64,000 bases of DNA from Ophelia neglecta (lineage: Eukaryota), in assembly GCA_965285935.1 (NCBI GenBank), contig OZ260666.1, forward strand, positions 30,690,001 to 30,754,000, in the 5' to 3' direction. Numbering within the stretch: the stretch's first letter is position 1; each line of letters begins with the position of its first letter. Shown piece after piece: positions 11,373-24,750 of the stretch. The position numbers and the translations under genes are program-made. The notes under the pieces were generated by a model, which worked only from the letters and a program-made list of their open reading frames with translations, searched no databases and was not told the origin of the DNA.

Positions 11373-13878
11373 TGTGTATTGGAAACAAGGGAAATTAAGG
11401 CGAAGGTTTTTAACCAAACATGAAGTGGAGGGGGAATGGGTGCATGTAGTGGTGAACAAAATTTGTATTATTTTGCCCTGCTTGCACAGCAGTGCAGAGT
11501 TCATTAAATCTTGTTTGTGTTTATGTCTGTCCATCTGCCCATTCACATTTTGCTTCTTTGAATTCTTGTCAAAAACCTTTATCTTTATACCAGCCAGGAT
11601 TAATAACTCCTCTCCATCTAATCTGTAAGATTATATGAAATAGGTCACTGAAATCTACATATTACTGTAAACCTTGTCCTCTACATCAAATCTTCAAAAA
11701 TGGATGGTGGTGCCCATTTCTTTTGGGGATAAATAAATCAGGTGGTTTTTGGCTAACATAATAAGGGTTCATTTGGACAATGTTTATAAGTAGATACTAT
11801 AAAAACCCATTAACTGTGGCATATAGGCCCTACATCATAGAATATTAAAATGTTAGAATATTGCCCATAATATGTGTTTACAGAATAAAATAAACCAGCA
11901 CCTTGGAACAAAAATATATGTACTTTCAGTATTTTATTCTTATGATGCATAAAGATGAAAGACTGCAATATGTAAATTAAAATTCTTAAATATCATTGGA
12001 AACTTAAGTCCACAACAAAATACTATGCATTTTAATAAATAATAAAAATACACAAATTCACACATTTATATAGTCCTGTATTAAAACACAAAACCCCATT
12101 TGTGCATTTTTCTTAAAAAAGTGTCATCATTATCAATTGATGACATTCATGTTAGGTTTTGTAAATTCAATTCTTGTACAACTGTGTACAATTCATCAAC
12201 AGATGATCTGCTCAAAGTAAGACGCATCAACATTCACAACATTAAAAGTGAATATATGATAAGTTATACATATCAATAAATACCTAAACTAGCAACATGG
12301 CCCAAAAAGGCAACTTGTTTAATGTGAACAAATTTGATTATCATTTAAATCATTTATCATCCACATTTAAACCTGATTCGTCGTCTTTAAAACCCACATA
12401 CAGACCTAGACTCGATGACATATCACTGTTGATGTATTGCGCCCTAAGTCATGCACACCGAATAGCGACCTATTTACGCTACTCCAGATTTACGCGCGTT
12501 TCCTCATGGCCACGCTGCACATTAATGCGTGATCGCATAACACCCTCCTCTTCATTCAAAATTCTTGCTGACCAGAAAAATAGCGATTTGTAGGGTGAGG
12601 AGTGACCAGCCTCGCCAAACCCCTCAGTCGTCTGGTTTGTCAGAGGCCTAAGCAACTCGAAGCGATCACTATTTTTAAATCGACCTGTTTAGACAGCGAC
12701 GTTGAGTGACCAAACAAATAGATAAAGTTGAGTGCAGAAATGATAACACATTTTATTAAATGGCATTTGCAGGCGAAGCCATAACCCGAACGTAACCATA
12801 CGAACAAGACTCAACCGTGAAAGCAAACACACCTTTTCATGCCCACCCATATGCTATAGGAAAAAGACGCTTTTCTGTCACGTTCTGGGGAATTGGCACC
12901 ATTGCTGCTACCCTGCTGGCAGACGACAGCAGGTGCCTCACTCAGATCACTTGCTATGTTGGTTTGACAGCCACTGGGAGCAGTGTAAATGGCTGCCTCT
13001 ATCACATGTTAGTTTATTCTGACAACTGAATCAAGAATGAATCACCATCCACACAAATATATTCTACCATATATCCTCGACCTGGATCAATTAAAAGCTT
13101 TACCATATATTTGTTGTATTTTAGCACCAACTGTTTTAAGTTTCTTGGAATCTTCGTCATCGCGTCCAGTTGCTTCCACAAAAGTGAAAAAAGTGACTTC
13201 GACCTGGTCACTAACTACAGTCCCAATAAACACCTTTCCAATTCTGCCACCGCGATACAGACTCCATTTTAAACAATTCGATTTTCAAACACTGAGAAGA
13301 CAAACCTCCGCTCTAGTTGGGCATAGTGTTCCATTCCATCGTATTTCTACTTGAGCACCCGTTTAGTACGGTCATTTCCTATTTCGGGCAGCGTTCTATT
13401 AAATAAACAGGAATAACGATCCTTCACATCACTAAGAACTGCATCCCACAGTGAACTCAAAGGCTGTATATTAGACCAACTTGCGCTGGCTTTCGCATTA
13501 GGTGGTCTTTCAAAGAACATGAACGTGCAGCCTTTTTGCTGTGATCTTCACGTAAGTGTGGTGTGTTTCGCATTCACGAGTCTTAGCTGAAAATTGAATT
13601 GCTACGTTCTCTACACCTGATACAATCATCAACAGCTAACTCCTGAATCCTCATAATGGTGTTCTTCCTTATGTGGAGTTACGAATGACAAGAGAAACAT
13701 CCATGAGAACAAATCTAACATTATCCTGTAAATAATGTGGATTACAGGGTTACTCCACGCTTCTGATATAAGAATGTTGTTTATCAGTTTTGGTTCCTTG
13801 CTCTACATGTTCTCCTCATCCGAAAGAAGGAATTTATTTCTACGTATTTATATACAAATTTGTTACAAATCCAAGTGA

Positions 13879-14145
13879 TCAAATCCGATATGGCCTGCGT
13901 AAAGTCCTAGGCTCCAAACAAAAAATGTATCCTTCTGGTAAGAGGTCGTCGGCCCAATCTTCCCCTGAAAATGCTGCTTCAATGGGCCAAGGTCCGACAT
14001 CAACTTCATCGAAGTCCAGGCCGTTACCTAATACAGCCACCGGGTTGTCCAGCACGTACCATTCATCCGGATGTGGGCAATCCGAACCAACAGCTTCCGT
14101 CAGCGTGTCTCTTACCAACGTCTCCACGTAGGTCAACCCGCCCAT
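13879..14145 (-). CDS. Putative 88-aa acidic small protein of unknown family
   Basis: Acceptor tttcag| about 10 nt upstream of AACAAGATGG (good initiation context). The ORF is GC-richer than its flanks. Candidate upstream donors at ~15191, 15539, 16638 and 16749; minus-strand AATAAA at 11933-11938. No family recognised. Confidence 0.55.
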   Translation of the reverse strand: MGGLTYVETLVRDTLTEAVGSDCPHPDEWYVLDNPVAVLGNGLDFDEVDVGPWPIEAAFSGEDWADDLLPEGYIFCLEPRTLRRPYRI

Positions 14146-17100
14146 CTTGTTTGCCTGAAAAATATGATTGATATCTGTATTAACGAAAACGTATTAACAA
14201 TCTTAATTTCCAAGAATATAGAAGCTGGCCGGGATAAACCCTCTCATTCACGCTTCCACCGTGCACGCAATGCACATTCTTGCACACACTGATCAAAATG
14301 TGCATAATTATAACGCAAACATACCGTTTAGTTAATCGTTTTCATATGTCATCTTTATGGAAGGAATAATTATGTTATGTGGTATACCAATGGACAAGTC
14401 AACCTGACAGCAACCCTGTATTAGGCCTATCCATGTATGTATACTAGCTTGCGCAAATGAATAAAGGAAAGAGCTAGTTAGTAAACACGCTGGCTGTAAT
14501 TGCATTTATTGTGAAAATCAGATGGTTTCATTGTAAAACGCTATTTCTGTACCAAGGACCAAGGTGAACTCGAATTCCTGCACGGTTTATAAGAAATAGT
14601 TCTAATAACAAATTCTGTGATAGACCAATGTCAAGGAAAACGCATCTCATTGCGTTAACGAACTAAGATTCTGAAATTTTTAAAAGTGCAATTTTTCATC
14701 GTAATACATCATTGTGCTTCCCTTATCAAGTGAGCATGATTCCTAGTCAACCACCCACGTTTTTTGAGCAGATCACAGAAACGCTATGATAGGGTGAATA
14801 TGGGTGTATTATCTAGTTGGGCAACAAAACTTTAAAAACGTATGCCATTCCTGAACTATACATCCATTTTGCCTTACGCCGTTTCACCTATAGACTTGTA
14901 CTTGATATAATAGATATGTATTATCCCGACAAATGTTATGACTCGAGGGTTGTCCTCAGCCAACTTAATATCTTTTGCTTCGTGCTCGGATTTAGAAATG
15001 CCTAGATGCATATACGCAGACATATTTACTCCGCAACGAGCAAATATTTGTATAACAGCCCATCACAGGATATAAACTCTAAACTGTAAATCGACATGAA
15101 TAATATTAATCACAGAGATAGCTTTTACAGCGGGAGTAAAAATCACAGAATGACACAACATGAACAATTCTTCACTATATCGTTGCTTACCTCTACAAGT
15201 GGATACACACGGGAGCCAATTTGTTGTCAGGTGCACCATCAATGCGATGGTAATTGCCAAAATGTGACCATCAGCAAAGTTTTGTGATGAGTTTTGTAGT
15301 AGCCACAAAGTATACTTCACCCAAATAGAATGTGCGCTTTGAGCAGGCCCTATAGACTGTATTTATACTGACTTCTGGCAGACTTGTTATCTTAAATTCC
15401 TAACCATATTCACTGCCGAAAAATGTTGAATAGGATGGATACTAGACAATATTACTACGAGACTAGTCCATGACAGGCTCTACGGTCCTATTCCTGGTAG
15501 TGATAGCCCTGTGCCACATATTATATTAACCTGCTTACCCGCGTTACCGAGAATAACTAAGCAACATGTATACATAGAGCCACGTTACTGGAATTCCAGA
15601 AGCGCCTATTCTTCGTGTTCAACCCGCACAGGTTTAGACTAGACTGTGGTCAAGTTGTACTTGTAAGTCAGTGCGAACCGATATTGATTGGTTCATTGTT
15701 TATATTCACATTCTAGACTAGCATATGGTATAATTGTTCAAATTCATACTTTAATTCCCAGCAGTGAATGAATTACAATCGGCAGCTGCGCTAGTATTCC
15801 ATGAACTCGGCAGATGTAAGCAGGCCTATTGCGTGTAATCGAGTCGTTATCGATTTGTGAGTTATCGAGGCTCGCATTGCATGGCTGGGCTGTGCAATAT
15901 CGAAAAGTATGCTGTATAGATACACGTAAATTTACTTCTATCTCAACCAATTCTGGTTTATTTAGATTATTAAATGAAAGCAATTTAGGAATAATTTCTT
16001 GTAAGAAGGAAAAAAAGTTGTTTTTTTAAAAAACCCGCCATGTGTAAATATCATATACGCTATTAATAATTGTTTTTTATCGGAAATATCTTCAGAAATC
16101 GGAGAAACATACATCGACCACGCCGGAAACGTTCGGAAATTATTGATATCTCCCTCAAATGTTTCAAAATTGGATTACATGCATAGGCCTACATCAGTTT
16201 AATTTGTTTCTTTGATTTCACCACAGATTTCGCTATAAATTACGAATTATTTCTTGAATTACACAACTATACAGGTCGAGGACTTAGGTTGTAATGTATT
16301 ACACGTCAACATCAGGCAACATGCATTCAGTTCTAAATTATTTTCGTTTGGGGCAGATCGACTAAGCTCTTATATACAAATTGACGGTAATTGTTCATGA
16401 TTAGCATAGCCTAGGGGTAAATAGATGATGATTTTACATGCAAATTTAACAGGTAATAAATGTCTTAGGATGACCAGACTGGCCATTCAGTGGTTCCTAT
16501 TTTCGTGGATAAGCTTAACTGAGCTGGTGGATTAAAGAAACGGATGTTAAAGCTTATCTGTGACTAGTAAATCTTGTACGAGACTATATATAGAACAGGT
16601 CTTATTATTCCAGGATCGATAGAAACCAAAGTCTCACCTTTACAAGTCGATTCCACATTAATGTCGTGAATTCCTCGCATTTTAACAAAGTTAGCAGTTG
16701 CATGAAAATAATTAATGATAATCAGGAAAAAAGATTTTTCATCCTTACCTCGATTTCGTGTACTATATTCCTATATTAATCCAGTTCCTTTTCGCGCAGT
16801 TGCGCTGTTATTTACCAAGCAGAGTAAACACTTATGTAACTGTGCATTAAAATTATTTAAAATCAATCTGCTGTATATCCGAACATTTTAAAATTTACAA
16901 AGATCAAGCGGCGAGGTCGACTAGTTCAGTGATACTCTATGATGTGTTTATCTCCGCTGTGTTTATCCGTAATGTTATAAAGGCGATTGTAGCTTCTGTC
17001 ATGTCCAGGCCTGCAATAACACAAGCTTAATCACCTAAACAACTAGGCCCAGCGAACAAGATGCAACACGTAATCCTTAATTGAGGAATTGTGCCAGGTG

Positions 17101-18236
17101 CAAATCGTTTGCCCCAGCACATGGTGGTTTTAAGCCTAAGCAGCGTATAAATAATAATATCTTTAACCAGCATGTAGGGGTTCATAAAATGTGAACATAT
17201 TGTTCGACCACATATGTGAATACCTCTATTCTCTCGAGTGTCGATGAATTGACACTTTTAGAGTGTCCTTTGTGTATTGCAATGAAATGACACATTCATT
17301 TCGAGGAAAATTAATTAAGAAATGATCAATTAACATAAATGATATGTCCCAGGGCAAAATATATGCATGTAGTTTAGGCATACACTTATTGAACAAACGA
17401 ACATTATACTTTACAAAGATGTACTATATTTATTCAAACACTAGATTCTTCAAACATTTGAAGTAGAAGTACCATATATTTATGCATTACTAGATTGGTC
17501 AAACGTGTCTATCTTTCAAGTTCATATATATGTGTGTTTAGAACTGCCATAAGAACGCAGAACTAATGTTACACTTCCAACGGAATAACTGATTTTTGTT
17601 TGCAAGATGATATTAACAGATACACTGATGTATGGTGAAAGGCGGTTTTCACATCTTGCACCAACATTGTGGATTGAGCTCCTCATTTAGATAAAGAGTA
17701 GACCGATGATTTTAAGTTACGTTTACATGACTTTTAATTCTTCATTATTTCGTTCATATTGTGTTCATAACGCTCTTTTTAACTCTTTCACTGCCAATGT
17801 CGACCATTTTCGATATTACACTTCAGGGCTGTAGCCTCTGGTGTTGGTGGTGGGGTGGGGGGTGGGGTGGGGTGGGGGGGGGGATTGGGGCGGCTGAATG
17901 GTGTAGACTAGTTTCACTGACAAATCATTTTATGACGTCCTTTGTAAGTTATTAATATAGCAATATACATGTAGTAGTAACCTTCATGATTACAACTGAA
18001 ATCCTAATGTTGGGAAGATCGGTTAATCGTGCATTGATAAATGTATCGTGTAGACCCCCTTGCAGAGAGGAACCGAAAACACAAAACAGTTTTGTATTGG
18101 CCTGACGAGATGCCAGTTACATGTACTTAGCGGTTGACATCTGTCAACGAATATCAACCGTAATCTAAGGACTATAAAGCAGAGCGGTGACAGTACTCGA
18201 TGCTGTAGGAAGACCTAGGCCCCTCATAGTTGCATC

Positions 18237-21200
18237 ATGTATTGGCTGGCTGCTGTTGTCCTTATATTGTCGACTGTGTTTTTTATATCAGGAATCAACA
18301 TTTTAGCAATCGTGTAAGTATGTAATAGGCTATTTTTTGCACAAATAATACTGTATGCGATGCAGGTTGATTCCCAAAGTGGTATTTGTGTATTCACAAG
18401 CCACTTGTGACATTACATAGGCTAGCTATAATGGGTAAAAAAAACGAAGTTATGCCAGTAATATATATAATACACAACATGATGCATTTCAACCCCATTA
18501 GCATTGTATTTATGAGAGGCACCTACAATGTTTTACGATACTTGCTAGTAGTAAACACTATGTTCATGCGATGTAAGCTTCTATAACACATAGGCTTATA
18601 TTTCTTTTTTCGCTTTGTCATTTCAGAAATTCATTTGGTTATCACAGAACACAGTATAACCAGGCCCCTGGATCCTGCAGAGTTATATCAGAAATTGGTT
18701 TGTTATCTCCCCCCCCCCCCCAATCCTCATTTTTCCTGTTTCCCTCATTAAGTTTTGTCTTAAGAATGTATACCCCCGGGGTGTAACATACTTCTTAGTA
18801 GACGTAACTATTCTAGTCTTTATGTCTTTTCAATCCAATCTGAAAAGAAATATTTCTTCCTTTTGCAGTTAACACTATTTATATGCAACCGACCTTCCCA
18901 AATGAATAAATAATCAGTGCGTGACTGTGATAGATTTTATAAAGCTTATAACAGCACAAACATTCGACGTATAAAACCACATGCACAAACGTTGGCCAAT
19001 AGCAAGAAAGGGAAAAGGGTAGCGATCATTAGCATGTACACCCCATACGTAGTGCTCAATACATAACAGATAGAAAACAAATACACAGCTTAACAATCGT
19101 TCAGATATAATACTGTAAAACGATCAGAGGAAGAAGAACAAATAAAGGCCAGCCATCTTTAAAAGCATTATTTGATGACAATAGCTACAGAGATATCTTT
19201 CGATCACAGAGAAAAACAATACTATATTGAATTCCTCGTTGATTAGATATAATAAACAAAGGCAGCATAAATCCAAAATGAGAGTTTGACCAGCAGTATT
19301 TATTTTTCAGAGCATGGTTCAGAAGACATAACATTTATCAAGGATGGGAAAGTACTGATATCATCGGTAAACCGATTACCCTGATTTGTTCCCAGACGCA
19401 TTAGTTAACACATGCATACTTTATTTTGTTTCTTCTGCAGTCTCCACTTCACATCTCAGTCATTACACATCAAAATAAATTTTAGGGTTTAAAAAGCACG
19501 GAGAAGTCAGAAAACAACCTGAAAAGGTCAGTGAAGGGTCAGATATTTCTGTTTGACCTTGAGAGAACCGACAAAAAGGCCCAATCTTTTGAAATACACA
19601 ATTTTGATCGGAAGAATCTGGCACCACTTGGAACCTCAATATGGATTGGCAAAGGTTGGTTTGATAAATGAAGAAATGATCCGCGACGGGAGGATATTTG
19701 AAATGTAACTACATTGTGTATGCTCGTGCAACTCTACATTATGTGACGGCTGTGAAATGCTTATCTTCGCAATATAAACGCATAGGCATTGTTAATTTTT
19801 CATCAGACGACACCTTTGTATATGTAACCAATTTACGTCCAAACGAAACAACGGTGGAGAAATTCCTCCTTAGATTGGAGGATGTTACTCTGGTTCACAA
19901 AAAGACCATACGGGACGCACATTTTGCTCTGTAAGTTGGCATAGCCTATATTTCCCCCCCCCCCCCCTTCTTCAAATACATTATACAAACGTATACATAC
20001 TAGACCAGCAACAAGGCCAGAATAATATTGGTAATATAGACATGAGTTGCATGTCCTCCCACTGGACCAAATCATCGTACTCGTCTAGAGCAGCACGACC
20101 TGGTCTAGATAGATAGATTCTCATCTCGAAAAAAGTACTATAAATTGTCATTATGCTTGATAATATCAAATAAGTCATATAGGTTGAAGCGTTTCTTCTC
20201 TTGTCTCAATTTGAAGGGTAAATGGACTGGTAGCAGTTGGATTGGATCAGTTCTATTTTACCAACTCTCAATCTTTGTACGGGCAATGGCAGTGGTTGAT
20301 CATGCTCGAACTGATGTTAAGGTAAATTGATTTAATCAATCCTTCCCCCTAAACACGTCCGCGTAACTTTTATGTTGGTTTGACATTCATTTTGTTTTCT
20401 TCTTGCAAACATCTATAATTGAAGTATCGTCATTAAATGTGGAGGAATTATCCCAGAACATGAGCCAGCATTCAAATACAATGCCGCTGGCAAGAGATAA
20501 GGCAGGGTTCTGGTAGGGCGTGGGTGATGGGTTTTGGGTCGAAGTTTAGCGAAAGTGCATTCATTTGGCTGAAGCCGATGAATTCCTACGTTGAACCTGT
20601 TCTTGCAGTATTTTGGTTCAGGGTTTGTTCCAGGTCTAACGCTACAATCAGATAATTAGTGCTAAAAAACTCAGAGAATGTGTACTACAGATATTTTTGG
20701 TAATTGCGTCCCATCTGATGTAACCTTCAGCGTATTGAATGTTATTGTCATGAGAACTCGATAAGGCATATTGTCTCATAGTGTGATCTATGTGTAAAAA
20801 TCGACGTACTATAATATAAATTGAAGTTCTATGACAGTATAATTCATGTGCATGAATTTATAAATTCAAAAATTTTAAGGACAGACATAAAACTACCAGA
20901 CAGAAAACACGAAATTCAATTTGGTAATTACCTTAATTTGGTGTGTTAAAATAAAACGCGCGTGTATTATTATTCCATATTCATTGAAGATTGCCCTGGG
21001 CTACTGTCGGCTACTACGACGGTGTTATTGGAAGGACTGTAGTTGATAAGCTATCCATCCCAAACGGAATCACAATATCCAACAATAAAAAGTAAGGTTT
21101 ACACTATATATCATGTGCTTGGAAGATCACGAAGTAATATTATCTGTTGTGTAAGCATTCTTTTCAATGGATATGGGTTGTGGTGTGATTTTGTTTACAG

Positions 21201-22605
21201 TTCCTCCTTTTCTCCAGATTTGTGTGCGTGTCACAGCTCGGCCGGGAGGATATACTCGTGTTTGAAAGGAAGTCTAATAACGACCTAAAACACATTCAGG
21301 TATAACAAAATGCCATGAGGCGTGCACGCTATTTGGCATTCATTTAGATATAACCATAATGATATAAGTTATTGCCTCCAAACTTACACTAGGAGTATTC
21401 GGTTGTGTTATTCTTCTGTCAGTTTCTTTATTATTAACTTCTATTTGGATTTTCCTCTGAGTTTCTTGAATGGAACATTTGGCCCTCACTCATCTGATTA
21501 TAACGGTGTTTTGGTTTATTTTCTTTGCCATATTTGCAAGGTGATGGTTTTATTTATTTATCTCTGTGCGGATTTTACCACTAAATGTCTTATCTCCCCC
21601 CCCCCCTCCCCTTAGTTTTGTTCAAGCTCTCCATTATTTCCTGGTCTATGCCTCAAATACGTCGACTCTCGTTCCTTTTTCCTGACAGTCAAAACTTCAT
21701 TGTCCGTCTTCACCTTCCCGAAGCAAAGATTAATCTTTATTCCTCGTCATCTGGTTCATTGTGCTTGCTTGTGGTCTGAATTTATTTGGTTGAAATTAAC
21801 AACCTGCTTGACTTTCACTGTAAATTAGGTCTCCTTGAATTTGAATAAAATAAAACGGGTGCCTTTTTGCATTTGGAAATAGCGAGTAGGTAGAAGATTT
21901 GGTATCCAGTATTATAACCTTTACAATTTTAGGTTGCCCAGATAGGTATATGATTCCCAACATAGACAACATCAAAAGCGCCATGACAGGCCCAGGAAAC
22001 GTCTCCTGTTGTAATTTATAGATACTTGATATAAATATGCGTAGTTGTATGTATTGTGGAAACAAGGTTAAGTAATAAATATGGGGGCTTTGGGTGTTGA
22101 TATTGAGAGGATTGAAACAATGTGGTATAATTTCGTCGTAAACCTCAGCCCCACCTTCTACGTTTTCCCACACTAGACGTACCCGGTACATACTACGGCT
22201 GACAATCTGAAGGTAGATCAAGAAACAGGTCATTTGTGGATTGGAGCTCATCCGATTGGTCACAAACTGATCCAGTATGAGGCTGATCCCTATGTTAATC
22301 CGTCGCCTTCTTTGGTAAGTTCTTACAGTTGATAATATTTTCCAAAACGACCTTCGAAATTCAATGTAAAACATGTTGAAACTTACATTTCGGACAATAT
22401 ACTTTCCCTTGTGACCCTAACGCTAGTTTTACAGGTACTACTCCTGCGCGTAGAGGAGGGTATCATTCAGAGTACGACACAAGTATATTCTAACGACGGC
22501 AGCCAATTGTCAGGGTCCTCAGTTGCTTATCCCTATAAAGGAGGAATGCTGGCCGGAAGTGTTTTTAGGAACCCCATTTATTGTTATCTGAATTCGATGG
22601 TTTAA
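18237..22605 (+). CDS. PON: Paraoxonase/arylesterase-family six-bladed beta-propeller, 364 aa, 10 exons
   Basis: Exons 18237-18313, 18627-18697, 19311-19366, 19486-19654, 19807-19930, 20217-20321, 20990-21091, 21218-21299, 22177-22314, 22435-22605 (1095 nt). Hydrophobic N-terminus. Motifs GSCRVI..HGSEDI..ISSGL, TVEKF, VNGLVAVG..FYFTN, PNGITIS, DNLKVDQETGHLWIGAHP, YSNDGSQLSGSSVA..GSVF..YC. TATAAAG at ~18173. Confidence 0.93.
21330..21790 (-). mobile_element. Highly decayed LINE RT fragment in PON intron 8
   Basis: The minus-strand translation FRPQASTMNQM...SFDCQEK...TKL, with several stops, loosely resembles the RT segment GFRxxxST...FxDxxKAFD...KL. Confidence 0.3.
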
Positions 22606-24750
22606 TGTGAGTTGTACCAGTTGAGATTTTTTTGTTACTTAATCTTCGACATTTTTATGATATACATTCAAGTGGCGTTGAGTATTCATTAATAAAACTA
22701 TGTACTGGACTCATAGAACAGTATGTCTATAGCCACGATCATGAGAACAATTTAGCATTACACACCGATCAGTTTCACTACCTAAGACTATAAAAAAATA
22801 ATAAATGGAAACGTAACCGTGACGTCACTTACAATTAGAAGTAATCACCAGTATTCCACGTTGTGGTCAAAACACAAAACAAACAAGTTAGTGGTCAGCA
22901 TAGGACAGGGATGAGATATGCCTTTGGAGGGTCTATAATGGTCTAAGATCTTGCAAAATATAGGGACTAATGATGAAATTATTTCCAAAAACGGGTCCCT
23001 GCACCCGGCGTTACCTACACTACTTGTCTTGGCGTGTCGTTCACCGGGAGCAGCTTGCGACCGGGTCCAATAACGGGGTATTCTCTTGTTCTCCAACGGA
23101 ACCGACAGCTTAGCGCCGGATACAAGGCAGAAGGATGTAAAAGGTCTTTTAAAATGCATTTAAAGTGTGTTACAAAAGGATGTTTCATTTCTGAGCTTCT
23201 GAGTGCAATGTCTCTATGGACACTAATTGTACTTTAACCTAGAAATTCAATGCCTATGTAGTTATTTCATAAGTTCATGTTTTTAATGCTATTAAAACGA
23301 TGCTATCACAGTTATTGTCTTGTCATAAACTAATTTTTTCTTATTCTTATAGGTCTTTAACTACTTTATCTGTTTTTAGATGCTTATTGTGACAAGTACA
23401 AAATTAAGGATTTTCGGTTAATGAATTCACACGATAAAATGCTATACAACACCCTAAGAAAAATGTCTTTGTAAGATCACACGTTGAAAAATACTAGGAA
23501 AAATTATTCTGCTTAAAGATAGAGCAAACTGAATGGCCCGAGGTTTATTTTTAAAATGTTCTTCGTACATTATAGGAATTCAACCATAAATTGATCCATC
23601 GAACTAATGTGAGTAGAAGTTTGTTATTTAAAAGGACATCAATTTTTTTGTGTGGAGAAGATATGTTTAATATACATTTTTCGTTAAATTAAATAGATAA
23701 AATATGAAACATGATGGTGCACTCATAAAATGTTATTAACAATGCAAACATATAATCTTAGAACTAATAAGATTTAGAAATATCTTGATTACAGTTGTGA
23801 TGTATGTAATTAATATAATCTGGACAAAAGCAAATAAAAGCCATCATTTTTCTGGTTACCATTCTGTCCTTATTTCCAAAGTATACCAAATTTATTCTAA
23901 TTAGGAATCAACTACTGATGAAAAAATAATTGGTACACACATGCATATAATACATATAATATATTTCATGTATATGTGTATATTTGTACATGTATATGAT
24001 ATCATAACTTTGTCTTTTGAATAAGCATTCAAAAAAATAATTTAGAATAATACTTATATGGCGACCATTTGTTTCTTTGATTTGAAGACATAAAACTCGG
24101 AAATGAGCGAGACAATATTCTATTTTTTGTCGTCATACCATCAGAGGGAAAATCATAATATTCATATGGTGGCCATTTTGTATCTTTGAGTTCATCGCAG
24201 AAATGCATATACCACTTTATTACGTACTATACAGGCCCCAGGCCCTCGGTACATGTCTATACAAGACAATGGTTGCATGTGGAAAGTTAATGACCAAAAA
24301 AAATCAGAGTCACCCAGGTCAATAAATTTACATCGTCCTGTCCTACATTAAAAGCTCATTGCATACATCTTATTAAAGACTAAATTAAAGTTTCTTGAGG
24401 CGGGAAAGCAATGAAAATGCCTGGAAAGCTTTACATCCCTTAGGTATGAATACAATGGACACTGAAGAAGGAGTGTTTTATTTTCAACCAGAATAACACT
24501 TCGTTTTGTGCAAAACGGGCAGAATCTTTCACTTCAAGAATGAAGCAAGTGCTATTCAAAATTTAACATAAGATGACTCCGGACATAGGTTGACATATTA
24601 GACATTGTAGTCGGGCAATACACATGCCTACATATTCGAAGTCCCGAATGGGCCTTATGACACAAACATTGGTCAGCGGTGCCAGCGGATATTTTTGTCT
24701 CTTCGATTCTTGTTAGAGAGGATTTGGCCTTGTGACGGCCTTGTGATGAC

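Noticed and set aside
21796-22374. 192-aa minus-strand ORF
   Set aside because: It overlaps PON exon 9 on the opposite strand, has no recognisable domain and has an AT-driven amino-acid composition.
22990-23150. GC-rich intergenic patch considered as RNase MRP, an HDV-like ribozyme or a THAP remnant
   Set aside because: ACGGGGTATTCTC resembles the MRP 3' conserved region, but the GAAAGTCCCC partner is absent. I could not build an HDV fold or THAP Cys/His spacing. An Rfam cmscan would settle it.
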